Shown here: positions 24,596-37,495 of the stretch, piece after piece | Numbering within the stretch: position 1 is the first letter of the stretch | Layout: each line of letters opens with the position of its first letter | From: Podarcis melisellensis | Taxonomy: Eukaryota | NCBI GenBank assembly: GCA_964234715.1 | Contig: OZ174291.1 | Length of the DNA stretch: 64,000 bases | Direction: 5' to 3' (one strand) | The notes under the pieces: model-generated | What the model was told of the DNA's origin: nothing | What the model saw: the letters and a program-made list of their open reading frames with translations, nothing else | Databases searched by the model: none | Made by a program: the position numbers and the translations under genes

Positions 24596-25209
24596 TCCTC
24601 AACCTCATCCCTTGAAGAAAGACACTCTTAACTCCCAGGATCAGGAAAACCTTGGCCTTCTAACTAGGTTTGAGGGAACTACTTTGCCGCAGTAAAAAAT
24701 AAACACCGTTGGAAAGGTAAGAAGAGAGATCAGACACAGTGCACAGAGCCGCTGTTATCATTTCCTCTTGAAATCTTTATGAAACATGCACACTTTGCCA
24801 CCTGTAATTGTATGAGGCACCTGTGGTGTCGGCAGGAGCATCCTTTGGCTGACCAACACAGACAACATGCATTGCAACATTTATTTATTTTTTGCAAGCT
24901 TCTAAATGTCACACACTTTGGAACACAGTTGCACAATCGGAATGCAATTGGTTCCAAGGAGTTCTTGTGGCTCGCAGAGTCTCACAAGGAAAGCACAGTG
25001 TCTCCTATAAAAAAGCAAACAGTTCCCCCTAGAGGCCTACAGCTGTACAAAAAAGCCTGGCTCCCTCTGCGAGGAAATGAGGCGCATTTGTCGCTACAAA
25101 TCAGCCTGGGCCTCTGTGTCAAGGGAATAATGCAGTTGCTGAGGGTGAGGTGGGGCAAATACTGGGCTGCATTTGGCCTCTACTGGAACAACAGGGGGTT
25201 ATTCCTTAT

Positions 25210-25395
25210 TCTCAGTGGCACAGCACCTGCTTTGCAAGAGAGAAGGCCCCAGTTTCAATTCCCGTCATCTCCAGGTAGGGCTGGGAAAGATCTTCCTGTC
25301 TGAAATCCTGGAGAGCCACTGCAAGTCCGTGTAGACAGAACTGAACTAGATGGACCAATGGTCTGACTCAGGAGATGGCAGCTTCCCATGTTCCC
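25210..25395 (+). mobile_element. tRNA-derived squamate SINE (representative of about 12 copies)
   Basis: Shared body ...GCTGCCAGTCAGTGTAGACAATACTGAGCTAGATGGACCAATGGTCTGAC... Other copies at about 2024, 16568, 30515, 30700, 31955, 34748, 49660, 49840, 54105, 56995, 59900. Confidence 0.75.
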
Positions 25396-25804
25396 TTTAA
25401 AACTAGGGCGAAACTTTGCTGGGTGAATACGAAGTGAGTCATTTTGGAGCTTTGAACAGCAACAACACCAGGCAGATGGGCAAAACTTGCGTCTCATGCC
25501 TCTAGGGCAGGTGTAGAGAACTACATCATCTCTGAACACTGGTTGTGCTTGCTGGGGGCTGATGGGAGTTGTAGTTCAGCAAGCATCTGGAGGGCCAATG
25601 GGTCCTCACCCCTGCCCTGGAGAGCTCTTGCCAACAGCAATGTTAGGATGGCAGAGTAAATGGTATCCGTTGTTAGTTGTGGCATAAAAGTAATAAGCAA
25701 GATTTCCACGCAATACAGGAGAGTCAATCATGAGCGAGCAACCATTGATATGCCTTATACAGGGGGCAACTCAAAACGTTTTGCAGAATAAAAGGCTGAA
25801 ATAC

Positions 25805-26014
25805 CTTGTTGGTCTCGTTGATCAACCAGCCGAAGCCTTTCACTCCGAACGCTGCCTCGCTGGAGGTGACGTCCAGGCATGTGGCAGGCTGACCGTAGAC
25901 AGAATGAAGGACCTTGGCTGAGTCCCCAACCTTCAGCAGATAGACGACATCTTCCGCAGTGGCTACGGCCACAGGGAGGCCCATAACGCGGGGGACCAGG
26001 CAGAGTGAGCCCAC
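25805..26014 (-). CDS. FBXW8: FBXW8 exon 7 (VGSLCLVPRVMGLPVAVATAEDVVYLLKVGDSAKVLHSVYGQPATCLDVTSSEAAFGVKGFGWLINETNK)
   Basis: Matches human PVAVAAAGDLMYLLKAEDSAR...PVTCLDVSANQVAFGVQGLGW. ttgcag / gtattt boundaries. 210 bp. Confidence 0.94.
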
Positions 26015-26390
26015 CTGCAAGGGGTCAGGGGGTTACAGTGACTGCAAGAACATCAGCTTTGGCGCTCCTCTCCATCAGGTTCCCTTCCTTTCTGCTGACC
26101 CCACACCCACACCCCAACAAAAAATTCAACTGGTGTTTTGCCTTTTTATTTGTCCACTGGCTTCTTCCACTGTTACGAGCCATAACTCCGTGGTGGAGCA
26201 CCTTCTGAATTATGGTATAAAAGAACTCCTCCTTGGGCCCTTGTTTTTTTGTTTGTTTTTGCTGGGCATGAGCATACATGGCGATTTCCTTCCATCCCAG
26301 AGCTCCATATAACAACCACCCAAAGCAATGGACCTGATGTAATAATAATATTAATAATAATAATAACAATAATAATAGTACAATTTATTT

Positions 26391-26482
26391 GACCAAACTG
26401 CGGGAGGCAGTGGAAGACAGAAGTGCCTGGTGTGCTCTGGTCCATGGGGTCACGAAGAGTCGGACACAACTAAACAACAACA
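26391..26482 (+). mobile_element. RTE-BovB LINE 3' terminus
   Basis: CTGGTGTGCTCTGGTCCATGGGGTCACGAAGAGTCGGACACAACTAAACAACAAC resembles the conserved BovB 3' end with a (CAA)n tail. Confidence 0.75.
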
Positions 26483-26634
26483 GTATAATTTATGCCCAGC
26501 CCATCTGGCTGGTTTGCCCTGTCTCCGCATTTTCTCTCCACTGCAGTGTTTAGAGATGTAAAACCAAACCCACCTTTGCCAAGACACCAGTTCCCCACAC
26601 CCGTCAGGATGCGGAAGCTCTGCGCCCTTCCATA

Positions 26635-26860
26635 CAGTGCTACCTTGAAAGCTGAACGGAATCCGTTCTGGAAGTTCGTTCGGCTTCCAAAACATTCGGA
26701 AACCAAAGTGCAGCTTCTGCAGCCAATCAGAAGCTGTGGAAGCTGTGCCAGACATTCGGGTTCCAAAAGAACATTCGCAAACCAGAACACTTCTGGGTTT
26801 GCAGTTTTGGGGAGCCAAAACCTTCGATTTGCATGGCGTTCGGCTTCCAAGGTACAACTG
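26635..26860. mobile_element. TA-flanked Tigger-like MITE
   Basis: TA-CAGTGCTACCTTG...CAAGGTACAACTG-TA. A related inverted, gap-truncated copy lies at 15206-15401. Confidence 0.75.
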
Positions 26861-27176
26861 TATATATAATTTTGGATTCCTAGAGCAGGTCAGCCCCCAG
26901 CCAGCATGGCCAATGGCCATGTCTGATGGAAGCTGTAGTCCATTGACATCAGGAAGGCCAAAGGGTCCCTCAAACCTGTATTAGGGAGAGAAGAGCACCA
27001 TATCTGTAGCTGACATTTAGCGTAATGTCAAGCTTGACATGAATAATCTGGTGAACTGGGCTCTTTGGTTGCAGGATGGGGAACCGGTGGCCCTCCAGAT
27101 ATTCTTGGACTCCCAACTCCCATCAGCCCCGGCAAGCATGGCCAATGGTCAGGGACGATGGGCGCTGTAGTCTCAC

Positions 27177-27373
27177 CAGTTTCTGGATTTCAAACTCTGC
27201 AGCCGTCTCCCAGTAGCCCTTGTCATTGGCGCTCTCCACTTTGACCTGGAAGGCGGATGCGGTTGCTATCGTTGCCCCTTCAGCCGAAAGGGCCAAGCTT
27301 TGTATCTTCTGATTGTGCTGGGAGCAATGGATCGGGTCACGGCCGACCAGCAGGCTCCACACCTTAATCGTCC
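27177..27373 (-). CDS. FBXW8: FBXW8 exon 6 (TIKVWSLLVGRDPIHCSQHNQKIQSLALSAEGATIATASAFQVKVESANDKGYWETAAEFEIQKL)
   Basis: Matches human IQALALSQDDATVATASAF...GYWQIAAEFEVPKL. gcacag / gtgaga boundaries. Confidence 0.94.
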
Positions 27374-28299
27374 CTGTGCACCAGAAAAACAAAAACAAAA
27401 ATGGAGAATCAGTAGCCGTGGTGGAATATTTTTATTCATGCTGCCAACCACAAAACCATCTGGAGGGTTCATCAAACCAAGATCCGTTCCATGGAGTAAT
27501 CGCTAACATTTGACGAGATCTCAGGGGGCACCTGAATCTCAGCAAGGGCAGCCAGCAGAATCTGGCTTGCCAAATGAAACTGATTGACGGTCAGTTGAAT
27601 ACAAATGAAAGTAGGTTTTTTATTGATTTTCACAAGAAAGCAGCAATATAGAGACAGGTAAGCTCCTCACCAGCACCACCCACAAGAGAAGAAGTAGCTG
27701 AGAAGCTTTTGAGGACATCCACGCAGAATAAATTGGCATAGGACTGAAGCCACTTAAGAGCTGTATATACTCCTTAAGAGCTGTATATACTCCTTAATGT
27801 ATTCCACGAGACACAAACGTGTTCTTCACATAAGAAAAACATAGCTGAGTGACATAGCCAGTTCCCTACACAGCAACTCGCCCTGGCATGCAGCCATCCA
27901 GAAACAGACGAAGGCCACGTTCGTACATCATGAGGAGTCAAACTATGGCTTATTGCAAATGCCAGCAAAACTGAAGCCTAAATAGGGCTTCTGAGAAAGG
28001 TGAAGGAAGTATTAGCCTGCTCAGCCCCACAATATTTTAAAAAGCTAAGGGTGGACACCTTCCTATCACTCAAAGCCCAATGACAATGGAGCATGGTCAG
28101 TAGCCATGGAGAGGGGCGTGTCCTGAATGAAATGGGGGGGGGGGGAACAAACAACCACCAATAGAGAATTGTGGTGAAGTGGAGCTGCCTTCTCTTAGGG
28201 AATGGCTGTGAGAAACCCTGAGCAGCCAAAGTCCTGTTGAAGGTAAATGGGCAAAACATAATAATGGTTATAATATGCCAGTGGAACAGAAGGAACACA

Positions 28300-28850
28300 T
28301 GTGGACTAAAGGGTTAAACGATACATTGTGCTATGACTTAAAGGAGACTTTTTATAATATGATGTATCGTTGGTCTCTAACTCCTTAGAACTTAGCTAGA
28401 ATGCATAAGAGTGTTCCAAATGTTTGTGGGAAATGTCAGGAACAAAAAGGGACATTTTATCACACTTGGTGGTAGTGTAAAAAAAGCTAAGAAATAGTGG
28501 ATACAAATGCATACATTGGTATAGAAGATTTTGAAGGTTAATGTCCAAGTGAAACCAGAGCTTTTTCTGCTGGGGCTTATGGATATACAATTAGAAAAAT
28601 AATACGGAAAACTATTGCAATATATGATTATAGTGGCAAGATTGTTACATGCACAAGGATAGAAGGACTCATTATTACCTACTATGGAAGGTTCTTGAAA
28701 TTAATGGATTTGGCTGAGATGGGGAAGTTGATGTGCTTAATTAGAGAAAAATCACTGTTGACATTTATTAATGATTGGAAACCCCTTACGGACTTTCTGT
28801 GCAATAAGGAAAATGAACTTGTGGTATCAGGGTTTGAAGACTGAAAAAAA
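28300..28850 (+). mobile_element. Decayed L1/Tx1-like LINE 3' fragment
   Basis: AT-rich, broken frame resembling the C-terminal CWKC...GTFYHxWWxC zinc-knuckle region. Similar decayed pieces at about 930-1330 and 18660-18920. Confidence 0.5.
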
Positions 28851-29058
28851 AAGGATAAGATTGGTTAACGGGAAGTGGAAGAGTTTAATGTAATTAAAAG
28901 GCAAAAATGTTATATATATATATATTTAAAGCTAATAGATGGAGAGTCTGAAGTTTTTCTTCTTTTCTTTTTCTAGTTCTCTATTTTCTTTTCAATTTTT
29001 ATGTTAAACACAAGAGCTTGGTATTTGATGTGCATCTTTGTATTTTTTATTTGTTCTA

Positions 29059-29413
29059 AGGTAAAGGTAAAGGGACCCCTGACCATCAGGTCCAGTCATG
29101 GCCGACTCTGGGGTTGCAGCACTCATCTCGCTTTATTGGCCAAGGGAGCTGGCGTACAGCTTCCGGGTCATGTGGCCAGCATGACTAAGCCACTTCTGGC
29201 AAACCAGAGCAGCACACGGAAACAGTGTTTACCTTCCTGCCGGAGCGGTAACTATTTATCTACTTGCACTTTGACGTGCTTTCGAACTGCTAGGTGGGCA
29301 GGAGCAGGGACCAAGCAACGGGAGCTCACCCCGTCGTGGGGATTCGAACTGCCGACCTTCTGATCGGCAAGTCCTAGGCTTTGTGGTTTAACCCACAGCG
29401 CCACCCGCATCCC
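29059..29413 (-). mobile_element. Full-length Sauria-type SINE
   Basis: 15-bp TSD TTTTTATTTGTTCTA (29044-29058 and 29414-29428), (ACCTTT)n tail. Confidence 0.92.
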
Positions 29414-29580
29414 TTTTTATTTGTTCTACCAAGCTTTAAATAAATAACAATAAAGAAAAAGGAAGAAGTCATGTTGAAGGCTCCACATGTGCAGCTGAAT
29501 CCTGACCCTTGTTCCACAGGGAGCTCTCCAAGGTGGCTGCCCAACTTCCATTTTGCATAGGAATACATAAAGCTGCCTTA

Positions 29581-29939
29581 AGGTAAAGGTACCCCTGCCC
29601 ATACGGGCCAGTCGTATCCGACTCTAGGGTTGCGTGCTCATCTCGCTCTAGAGGCCGTGAGCCGGCGCCGTCCGAAGACACTTCCGGGTCATGTGGCTAG
29701 CGTGACGAAGCTGCAGCTGGTGAGCCAGCACCAGCGCAGCACACAGAAACGCCGTTTACCTTCCCGCTATAAAGCGGTACCTATTTATCTACTTGCACCT
29801 AAGAGTGATTTCGAACTGCTAGGTGGGCAGGAGCTGGGACCGAAAGATGGAAGCTCACCCCGCCGTGGGGATTCGAACCGCCGACCATACGATCAGCAAG
29901 TCCTAGGCACTGAGGTTTTACCCACAGCGCCACCCACGC
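29581..29939 (-). mobile_element. Sauria-type SINE of a diverged subfamily, nested in another tRNA-derived SINE
   Basis: Same architecture with diagnostic differences. The host SINE resumes on both sides (about 29555-29580 and 29950-30125). Confidence 0.85.
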
Positions 29940-30145
29940 TTAATCCATGTCTTAATCCATGTCAAACCAATGGTCCGTTTAGCTCAGTAATGTCTACATT
30001 GACTGCCAGTGGCTTTCCGGGATTTCAAACAAATAGTCCCTCCCAGCCCTACCTGGACAAGCCAAGGACTGAACCTGGGACCTTCTGCATGCAGATGATC
30101 CAAGTCTGAACTATGGACCTTCCCCTGGGCTTGCACAGGAAGGTA

Positions 30146-30502
30146 CAGTGGTGCCTCGCAAGACGAAATTAATCCGTTCCGTGAGGCTCTTCGTATAGCG
30201 GTTTTTTCGTCTTGCGAAGCAAGCCCATTGACAGCTTAGCGGATTAGCGCTAAAGCTGTCAAGCGGCTTCCAGCGATCAGCTGTTAAGCGGCTTATCAGC
30301 GGAACAGCTGATAAGCGGCTTAGCGGCTTAAGAAAAGGGTGAAAAAAGCCAAAAAAAACCACGGGGGGGATGCAAGATTTTTTCCGTCTTGCGAAGCAAC
30401 CCCATAGGGGAATTCGTTTTACGAAGCGCCTCCAAAACGGAAAACCCTTTCATCTAGCGGGTTTTTCGTCTTGCAAGGCGTTCGTCTTGCGGGGCACCAC
30501 TG
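30146..30502. mobile_element. Short copy of the same Tigger-like MITE family as 5541-7533
   Basis: Same TIRs (CAGTGGTGCCTCGCAAGACGAA...TTCGTCTTGCGGGGCACCACTG), TA flanks, shared subterminal TCGTCTTGCG motifs. Confidence 0.88.
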
Positions 30503-32752
30503 TAAGAAGATGTCATATAGTGGCTCAGACCTGTTGAGCCACCTATTAGTAATGTCTACACTGACTGTCGGTGGCTTTCCAGGATTTCAGACAGGGTTCT
30601 CTCCTTGTCCTACCTGGAGATTGTAGGGATTGAACCTGGACCCTTCTGCATGCAAAGCAGATGCTCCTCCAATGATCTATGGCTGATCACTATGACAAGT
30701 TGGACCGCTGCTCCATCTAGCTCAGTACTGTCATCACTGACTGTCAGAGGCTCTCCAGGGTCACTCTCAACCCTACCTGGAGATGTCAAGGATTGAACCT
30801 GGGACCATCTGCATGGAAAGCTGATGCTCTACCACTGAGCTATGCCCTTTCCCCTCTGTTTGCAACTCTGGGCCAATCACAGCAAGAAACTCTCGCTCTT
30901 CATGTTTCTCCAGCACAGCTTTTCAGAAGTTCAAGGGGAATCGGAGCTGGTAACATTTCCTCTCCCCATCTGAATTTAAGAAATGGGGAGAATGCTGGCT
31001 TCCAGAAGGCTGAAGGAAGACTCAGAAGGCAGCTGCAGACGGACTGCAGACATCTCCCCCACATCCCAAAGGAAACAAAGCTAGAGTGTGCTAATGAAAC
31101 GGCATCCAAACAAAATTTTAAACATATTTATGTGCACTTCTGCAAAGATTATTTTGGTGCCTTAGAAGCACTCCCCCACTGAGAAATAATGCCCGTAATC
31201 TCGGGAGCTATCTAATGGCACTCTTTCTGAAAGATTTATACTCCTTGTCCTGGGAGCAAAAAGCCATCACAGAAGCCATTTTGGGGTTGCTGTTGACTTT
31301 ATGTTATTATTAGGGATGCATACTTGAATTAATCTATTTGCCTAAACAATTAGCCACCTTGTTCTGCGTGCAACAGAGCCAAAACGGCAATTAGGCTTCC
31401 ATCAAAGAGCCAAAAAAAGAGAAGGAGTCCCAACTAAAACTGCCCCAGTGGAGCCATAAGGCACTCCGAGTCGGATTTTTCCAAATTTACTTTGAGGCAT
31501 AATGGCTATTATGTTGATTGTTTGAAAGGTAAATAACAGCTAAGCTGGTTTTTGAAAAGGGAGGAAAAAAGGAAGGAAGAAAAGCACGGAACAGCAGCTG
31601 CCCCCCCCCCCCGCCCCCTGGCTCCATAAAAACAAGTTAACACTTTTTTAAAAAGCGTTAAACAAAAAATGAGCACTGCGAGCATCATGATCAAGACTAC
31701 AGCCCTGCAGAGAGCAAGCCACCCAAGTCCAAACCACCATTGCAATGGTGGTGGTAGTTATGGAGGTTATTTTAGACAACAGTCATTGGGTTGCTCCTGA
31801 CATTTTTAGGCTGCTTTAAAGGAGGGTGGGGAAGCTCAGGCCCAGGGGTCGGATGAGGCCATCTCCATCGGGCTTGAGGAGCTTCCTCCAGGGCCCTGCT
31901 TACATTTCACCCTCCTTGAGAGCAGCTGCCTGCCTGGGAATGTGCGACGGGACCCTTCTCTGAAGCCCTGGAGAACCGCTGCCAGTCAGTGCAGGCAATA
32001 TTGAGCTAGATGGAGCAATGGTCTGATCCTGCATAAGGCAGTTCTACGTGCATGTGGACAAGGCAAGATACCCTTTGCAAGAATCCGAGGGGAGCCCTGC
32101 CTTTGTCTGCATGAGCGCCACCACAAAAAGGGGGTCGTTTCTACCCACCTTCCTGCAGCGACACAAAAACTTTTCGTGGTGTGAATCAGACCTGCGCAGG
32201 GCAGGGGGTGAAAGCAAACAGTGTCTGAGTGTTCCCCCCTCCCCTCCCCAAACCTCAAGGCTGTGGCTCTGTGCCAGACCCAGGCAAGCATGGAGCAGAT
32301 GGAGCCCTGGCAAGGCCCCCCCCCACCTTCCAGCCCCTGCATTAGAAGCATCTGCTTCATTACCCAGAAAACCTTCCCCTGCTTTATCTAATGCTCCAGG
32401 AAAAGCATTTTGATTTGATTCATTTCGGGTAAAGGCAACGTGGAAGGCAATTAGAGGAGTAAAATAACAACAAAAACAACAAAGAAACCCAAAGTGGAAG
32501 GCAGCCAGTGCTGACAATGGGAAACAAGGCGAAAGAAAATAAGGAGTCTGATCACTTGGAATTCGAACGCCACGACTGTGGATTCGGATGCCAAGCCACC
32601 TTGGGCTTCCAGGGGTAGGTGAGCACAAGGGATGAGCCGGCAAAGCTGGGAAGAGATTCCACCACTTCTTCGGTGTGTGGCTGGTCCCCGTTTGAGCTGG
32701 GAGGGAGGGAGGCAGGGAGCCCAAACAGAAAGTGAAGCCGGAGCTAGTGGTA

Positions 32753-32848
32753 AGTGGAGTCAAAGCCAGAGGCAGATGGAGTCAAAGCCAGTAGAAGGCG
32801 GAGTCAAAGCCAGTAGCAGGTGGAGTCAAAGCCAGTAGAAGGCAGAGC
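32753..32848. repeat. ~22-bp tandem repeat (GGAGTCAAAGCCAGTAG...), about 4.5 copies
   Basis: Directly visible. Confidence 0.85.
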
Positions 32849-35800
32849 CAACTCATTCTACTTGTCCTCATCTTATTTCCTGCTGAGTTCTACAAGGTCA
32901 ACAATGAGGTAGAGGAGAATGAGGGGAAAGCTGACAGGCAACCCATTGGACTGGTCTTTAGGAAAGCAGGCAGGTATAGGCTGGCTGAGGGCAGGGCAGG
33001 GCAGGGCCCCAATTCACCCTAATGGCCGAGTCTCTACTCATGGCAGAGGCTAGGAAGCAATGAGGATGATGACATGGATTTGAACAGCGTAGCCCCCTTG
33101 CAGTTCCCCGGTGGGGAGAGAAAAAGGCTTACGGGTGCCAGGACTTAAGGAACATTTGAAGCTGCCTAAATCCCAGAGGCCAAGGCCTCAGAGGCAGCGA
33201 CTCTGAGGAAGAATAAAATGCAACTGAAGGCAGGTTCTATCACCATCCAGATAGGATCGCAACTGAACCACCAGTTGAAGCTGATATGTAAGCCCTAGGC
33301 ACCATCTTATTCTATTTATAAGAATATCTATAAACTGGCAGCTCCTAAAAATATTGTGATGGTGTATGATAAAATCATTAGAACATCATTAACATTATAA
33401 AACACGGAACAAATAACCGAAGCTGAATTAAATTACCATATTTTTTCGTGTATAACACGACCCCTATTTTTTGGGACTCCAAATAAAGAAATCCCCCATA
33501 TGCACAATCTATGTATAAGACAACCCCCAATTTTAAAATTGAAAAAATTGGGGGGGGTGGATATAGTGTTATACATGTAAAAATACGGTAATTCTCTAGA
33601 AAGTGGATGGCCAATTGTCATGTATCAAGTCGCTTTGATTACTGAATTGCAGGGAGTTGGACTAGAGGGAATCTTTGGGTCTCATCAGTCTCTGCAACTC
33701 TGTAATTCTATGATGCCAGTTGTGCTTTCAATGGCAGTGATGGATCTGAGCTGAGGGTCTATTCCTCCAGGGGAAGTGTAACCCAATCCAGAAAGGGCAG
33801 CTCCTCACCTCTTAAAGATCTTAGCAAGATCTTCTGAGAGTTGGACTTTACTGCCTCCTCATCCTGTTCCTCAGGATGAAAATGGCTGACCTGCCAACGC
33901 TTCTTCCTCTTGGCTCCCTTGCTGGCACTGCCCCTCATTTCTGTTTGACTTCGAAAGAAACGCAACTGCTGCTCCTACTACTGAGTTTCTGCCTCTCAAA
34001 AATTGAGGGAAACCTTCCCCAGAGCAATTCTGATTCCTTGAAACGCTTAGCTCCATCACTGTATTGACCATATTTCTCCAGGGTTAGCTTGCAGAGCAGG
34101 GATAAGCAAACGAGAAGGTCCCAACTGAGCTAACAGCTTATTGCAGTGGTAGCCAACTTGGTGCCCTCCAGATGTTGATGGACTACAACTCCCATCAGCC
34201 CCAAGCCTGCACTGTCAACAGTCGAGAGGTCCATTTCAGCAACTGAAGGGTGCATTGTGTTTGGCTACCCGTTTTGTAGTGGGTGCGAGCAGAAGGACGC
34301 CATCGGCGAGGTGACCCACAGAACTTGCTGCATTGACTGGCAGGCTGTGAGAATGACAAGGCCTCCTCTGAAGGGGCAGGAGCCGCCTTGATGGCTCCTC
34401 GCGAAGATCGGCTGCCAAGGGCATCGCAGCTTGAGCTCTGCTGAGCAGGGAGAAAACGGTGTCGTGTCGAACGCGTTTGCAGAGTGGCTTCAACAGAGGA
34501 GGCCGACGGCGCTGCCTCCTATTGCTACCAGATGGCTTCTCGGTGCTGGTCGCATGCACACACACGTACGCAAAAGAAAAGGAAGCAGGGGTTGAGGAAA
34601 AGCACGAAATAAAGGCCTTGAGGTAGCTTTGAAAACAGAGCAAATTATTTTGGTCTCTTCTCCCCTGCCGCTCCAGATGCAAAAGAAAAGTCTCAGCAAA
34701 CCTACCCTTTTAAAAAGGAAAAATGGGGTGGGAAGGAAAATAGGGGAAGGGCTGCAGCTTCAAGTGGATAGAACATTCGCTTTGATGGCAGAAGGTCCCA
34801 GTTCAATCCCCATCGTCTTCAGGTAAAGATGGGAGAGACCCTGGTCTGAAATCATGGAAAGCTGCTGCAGGTCAAGGTAGGCAGTGTGGAGCTAGATGGA
34901 CCTATGATCTGACGTGGGATAAAGCAGCTCCCTCTATTCCTATGTGCCATTGGGAAAGGACTGGCAGGTGTTTTTGGACTATACCTCCCATCATCTCTGA
35001 CCATTGGCTGTGCTGGCAAGGGACCATAGGTTTTGTAGTCCAAGGCGTTAGGAGGAGAGAGGCTGCGGAAAGCTGACTTAAGCCCTCTTCATACATTATG
35101 AGCTTAGGTTTCTTAAACAATTAGAGTTTTTTTATTGGTCAAATGTTGTCTATTTGATGGTTACAGTTCAGTAACACAGTGCCTGGCAGGCTTAAACAGT
35201 AGTATGAAATAACTACAGAACTTACAATTGGGGCGGGGGGGGGGAGATCCAACACTTTATTTTGACTTACCTACTGTATATAAAAATATATTACCGTATT
35301 TTTCAATGTATAAAATTTTTGGGGGTCATCTTATACACGGGCTGCTTGCCCACTCAGGAAGAGTAGACGGTGACAGTACCGTCAGCCAGAGCAGGGGATC
35401 GTTGGAAAACAGCTCAACAACCGCTCAGTGAACTTACAAAAGATACTCAACAATGTTTTTGCAAAACTCAACAACTTTCTTAATTTTTAAACTTCTTAAT
35501 TTGGGGCTTCCAGAAATAGGGTGTTGTTTTATACATGTGTTCGTGTTATACACAGACAAATATGGTCTATCCTGCCATTTCACTGCACCACAGACGGCAG
35601 GTTGTAACTGTTTGAAATTACTGTAAAAATGAAAATAAAGATAAAATCTTTTAAAACAAATAAAACACATTATAATCCATTTAAAAAGCAACTACAGCAG
35701 AGAAGCAAGGCAAAAGCTTGGTGGAACAAAAATGTTTTTACCCATCAGCAAAAGGCAGCCAGAGGGGTCCATCTGTGCTTTACGGTGAAAGCTATTCCAC

Positions 35801-37337
35801 TGTATTGGTGCAGCCACTGAAAAGGCCCCACCGCTAATCATCCTCAACAGTCCTCAGAGAAGGGCCTCTCCTTCAGATCTTTGGAAGGAGGGAGGAGGTG
35901 GTCCCTTGGGTGTCCTGGGCAAAAGCCATTGAGGGTTTTACAAGGTTATTACTATCATCACTCTGAATTGTGTCTGGGAGCAAACTAGTAGGCATGTGTT
36001 ACTATTAGCATATAAAGCATACCCTCCAACATTTCTCAGATGAATATGTCCATTCTACTGTTCTATTCTGTTCTGTTCTATATACCCCACCCATATGACT
36101 GGGTTGCCCCAGCCACTCTAGGTGGATTCTAACATGTATAAAAACATAATAAAGCATTAAGCATTTTGTAAAGAAAACTTCCCTATATAGGGCTGCCTTC
36201 AGATGTCTTCTAAAGGTTGTATAGTTACTTATCTCCTTGGCTTGGAGGCTGCATAACTCTATACCCTACAACATTTCTCCAACGAAAACAGGGACATCCT
36301 AAGGAAAAGTGGGACATTCCAGGATCAAATCAGAAACCAGGATGGCTTCTGTACATCCAGGACCGTCCCTGGAAAATAGGAGCACTTGGAGGATCTGTAT
36401 AAAGCCCTTAACAACTTGGGACCAGTTTACGTTACCCCCAACTCTTGGTTTCTATCTCTCTCGCTGTAAAGCGCAAGTCAGAACGATCAGCCCAGAGGTG
36501 CTAGGAGGACAAAAACGATAAACAGTCGTAATATCCTTTGCATGTTAAACAAGATCAACGCAACAAGTTTGGACAGGCCTTTTTGAGTGCAGCTGCACAG
36601 GTGGCCATGCTACTTCCGGCAACAACCATGCTTGCTCATTTGGAAAACATGCCTAACAGAGGGCCTCCAGATCCCACAGAAAGAGACCCCCCCACTCTTG
36701 TCTCCCTCTGCAAGTGTGCATCCAACACACATTTTTGGCCACGGACACGTGCATTTCTTTTGCAGGCCAGCCACCTTCTCTTGCTGTCCAAGAAGGAAAG
36801 GCAGATCAAAGCTGATCCACAGACTTTATTTTGCTATATATTCTCTGTGTGCTCAGCACACCAGAGATGAGGCAGGGGACGGGGAGAGGAAGGGAAACGA
36901 GGCAGAAGGCCCGGGATTTGCATTCATCAAACAATATCTGGTTCTCTCTTTTGTCTCGTGAGCTGATCTCCCTGCGTCTCAAGAAAAAAGGGGGGGGGGG
37001 AGAGAGAGAGCCAAAACAAGTTGTTTGCTCAAGACGAGTTTGGCTGGGCTGCAGCCTGGCACGGTTACCCCGAGTGGCAGCTCCAGGAGGAATTAAAAGC
37101 AGCCGTTTTAATGGGCAGCGCGATCCAAGGCCTCCTAATGCACCGAGGGTTACCAGCCAACTTTTCCCCACATAAAAGCAAGTGTGAGCACACACATACA
37201 CACACACGTTGTGTGCAGAAAGGATTAGAGTCGCTGCCACAGAGACACACGCGAGCACACAAAAGCTGGGCGCAGCTGCTGGGGGAGGGGGGACGCTTTT
37301 AGAAAACAATATTAGGAAAGAGTCGCCGTTAACTTAC

Positions 37338-37495
37338 CATCCTCGTAAGCTGCCGCTGCCAGGGAGCTGTTTATCCTCACAAAGGAGGCGTGCGGCCGGG
37401 GGCCGGGTTCGGCCAAGCCGCGCTTGGGGTCCAGGGCAGGAGCGGTGTAGTCCCAGGTGCGAGTGTCCCACAGCTTCACATCCCCTGACGTGTAG
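37338..37495 (-). CDS. FBXW8: FBXW8 exon 5 (YTSGDVKLWDTRTWDYTAPALDPKRGLAEPGPRPHASFVRINSSLAAAAYEDG)
   Basis: Matches human YTSGDVRVWDTRTWDY...SFVRINSSLAVAAYEDG. ttccag / gtaagt boundaries. Confidence 0.96.

Noticed and set aside
32044-32763. 239-aa ORF on -
   Set aside because: Non-ATG start inside a tandem repeat, composition not protein-like, no homology recognised.
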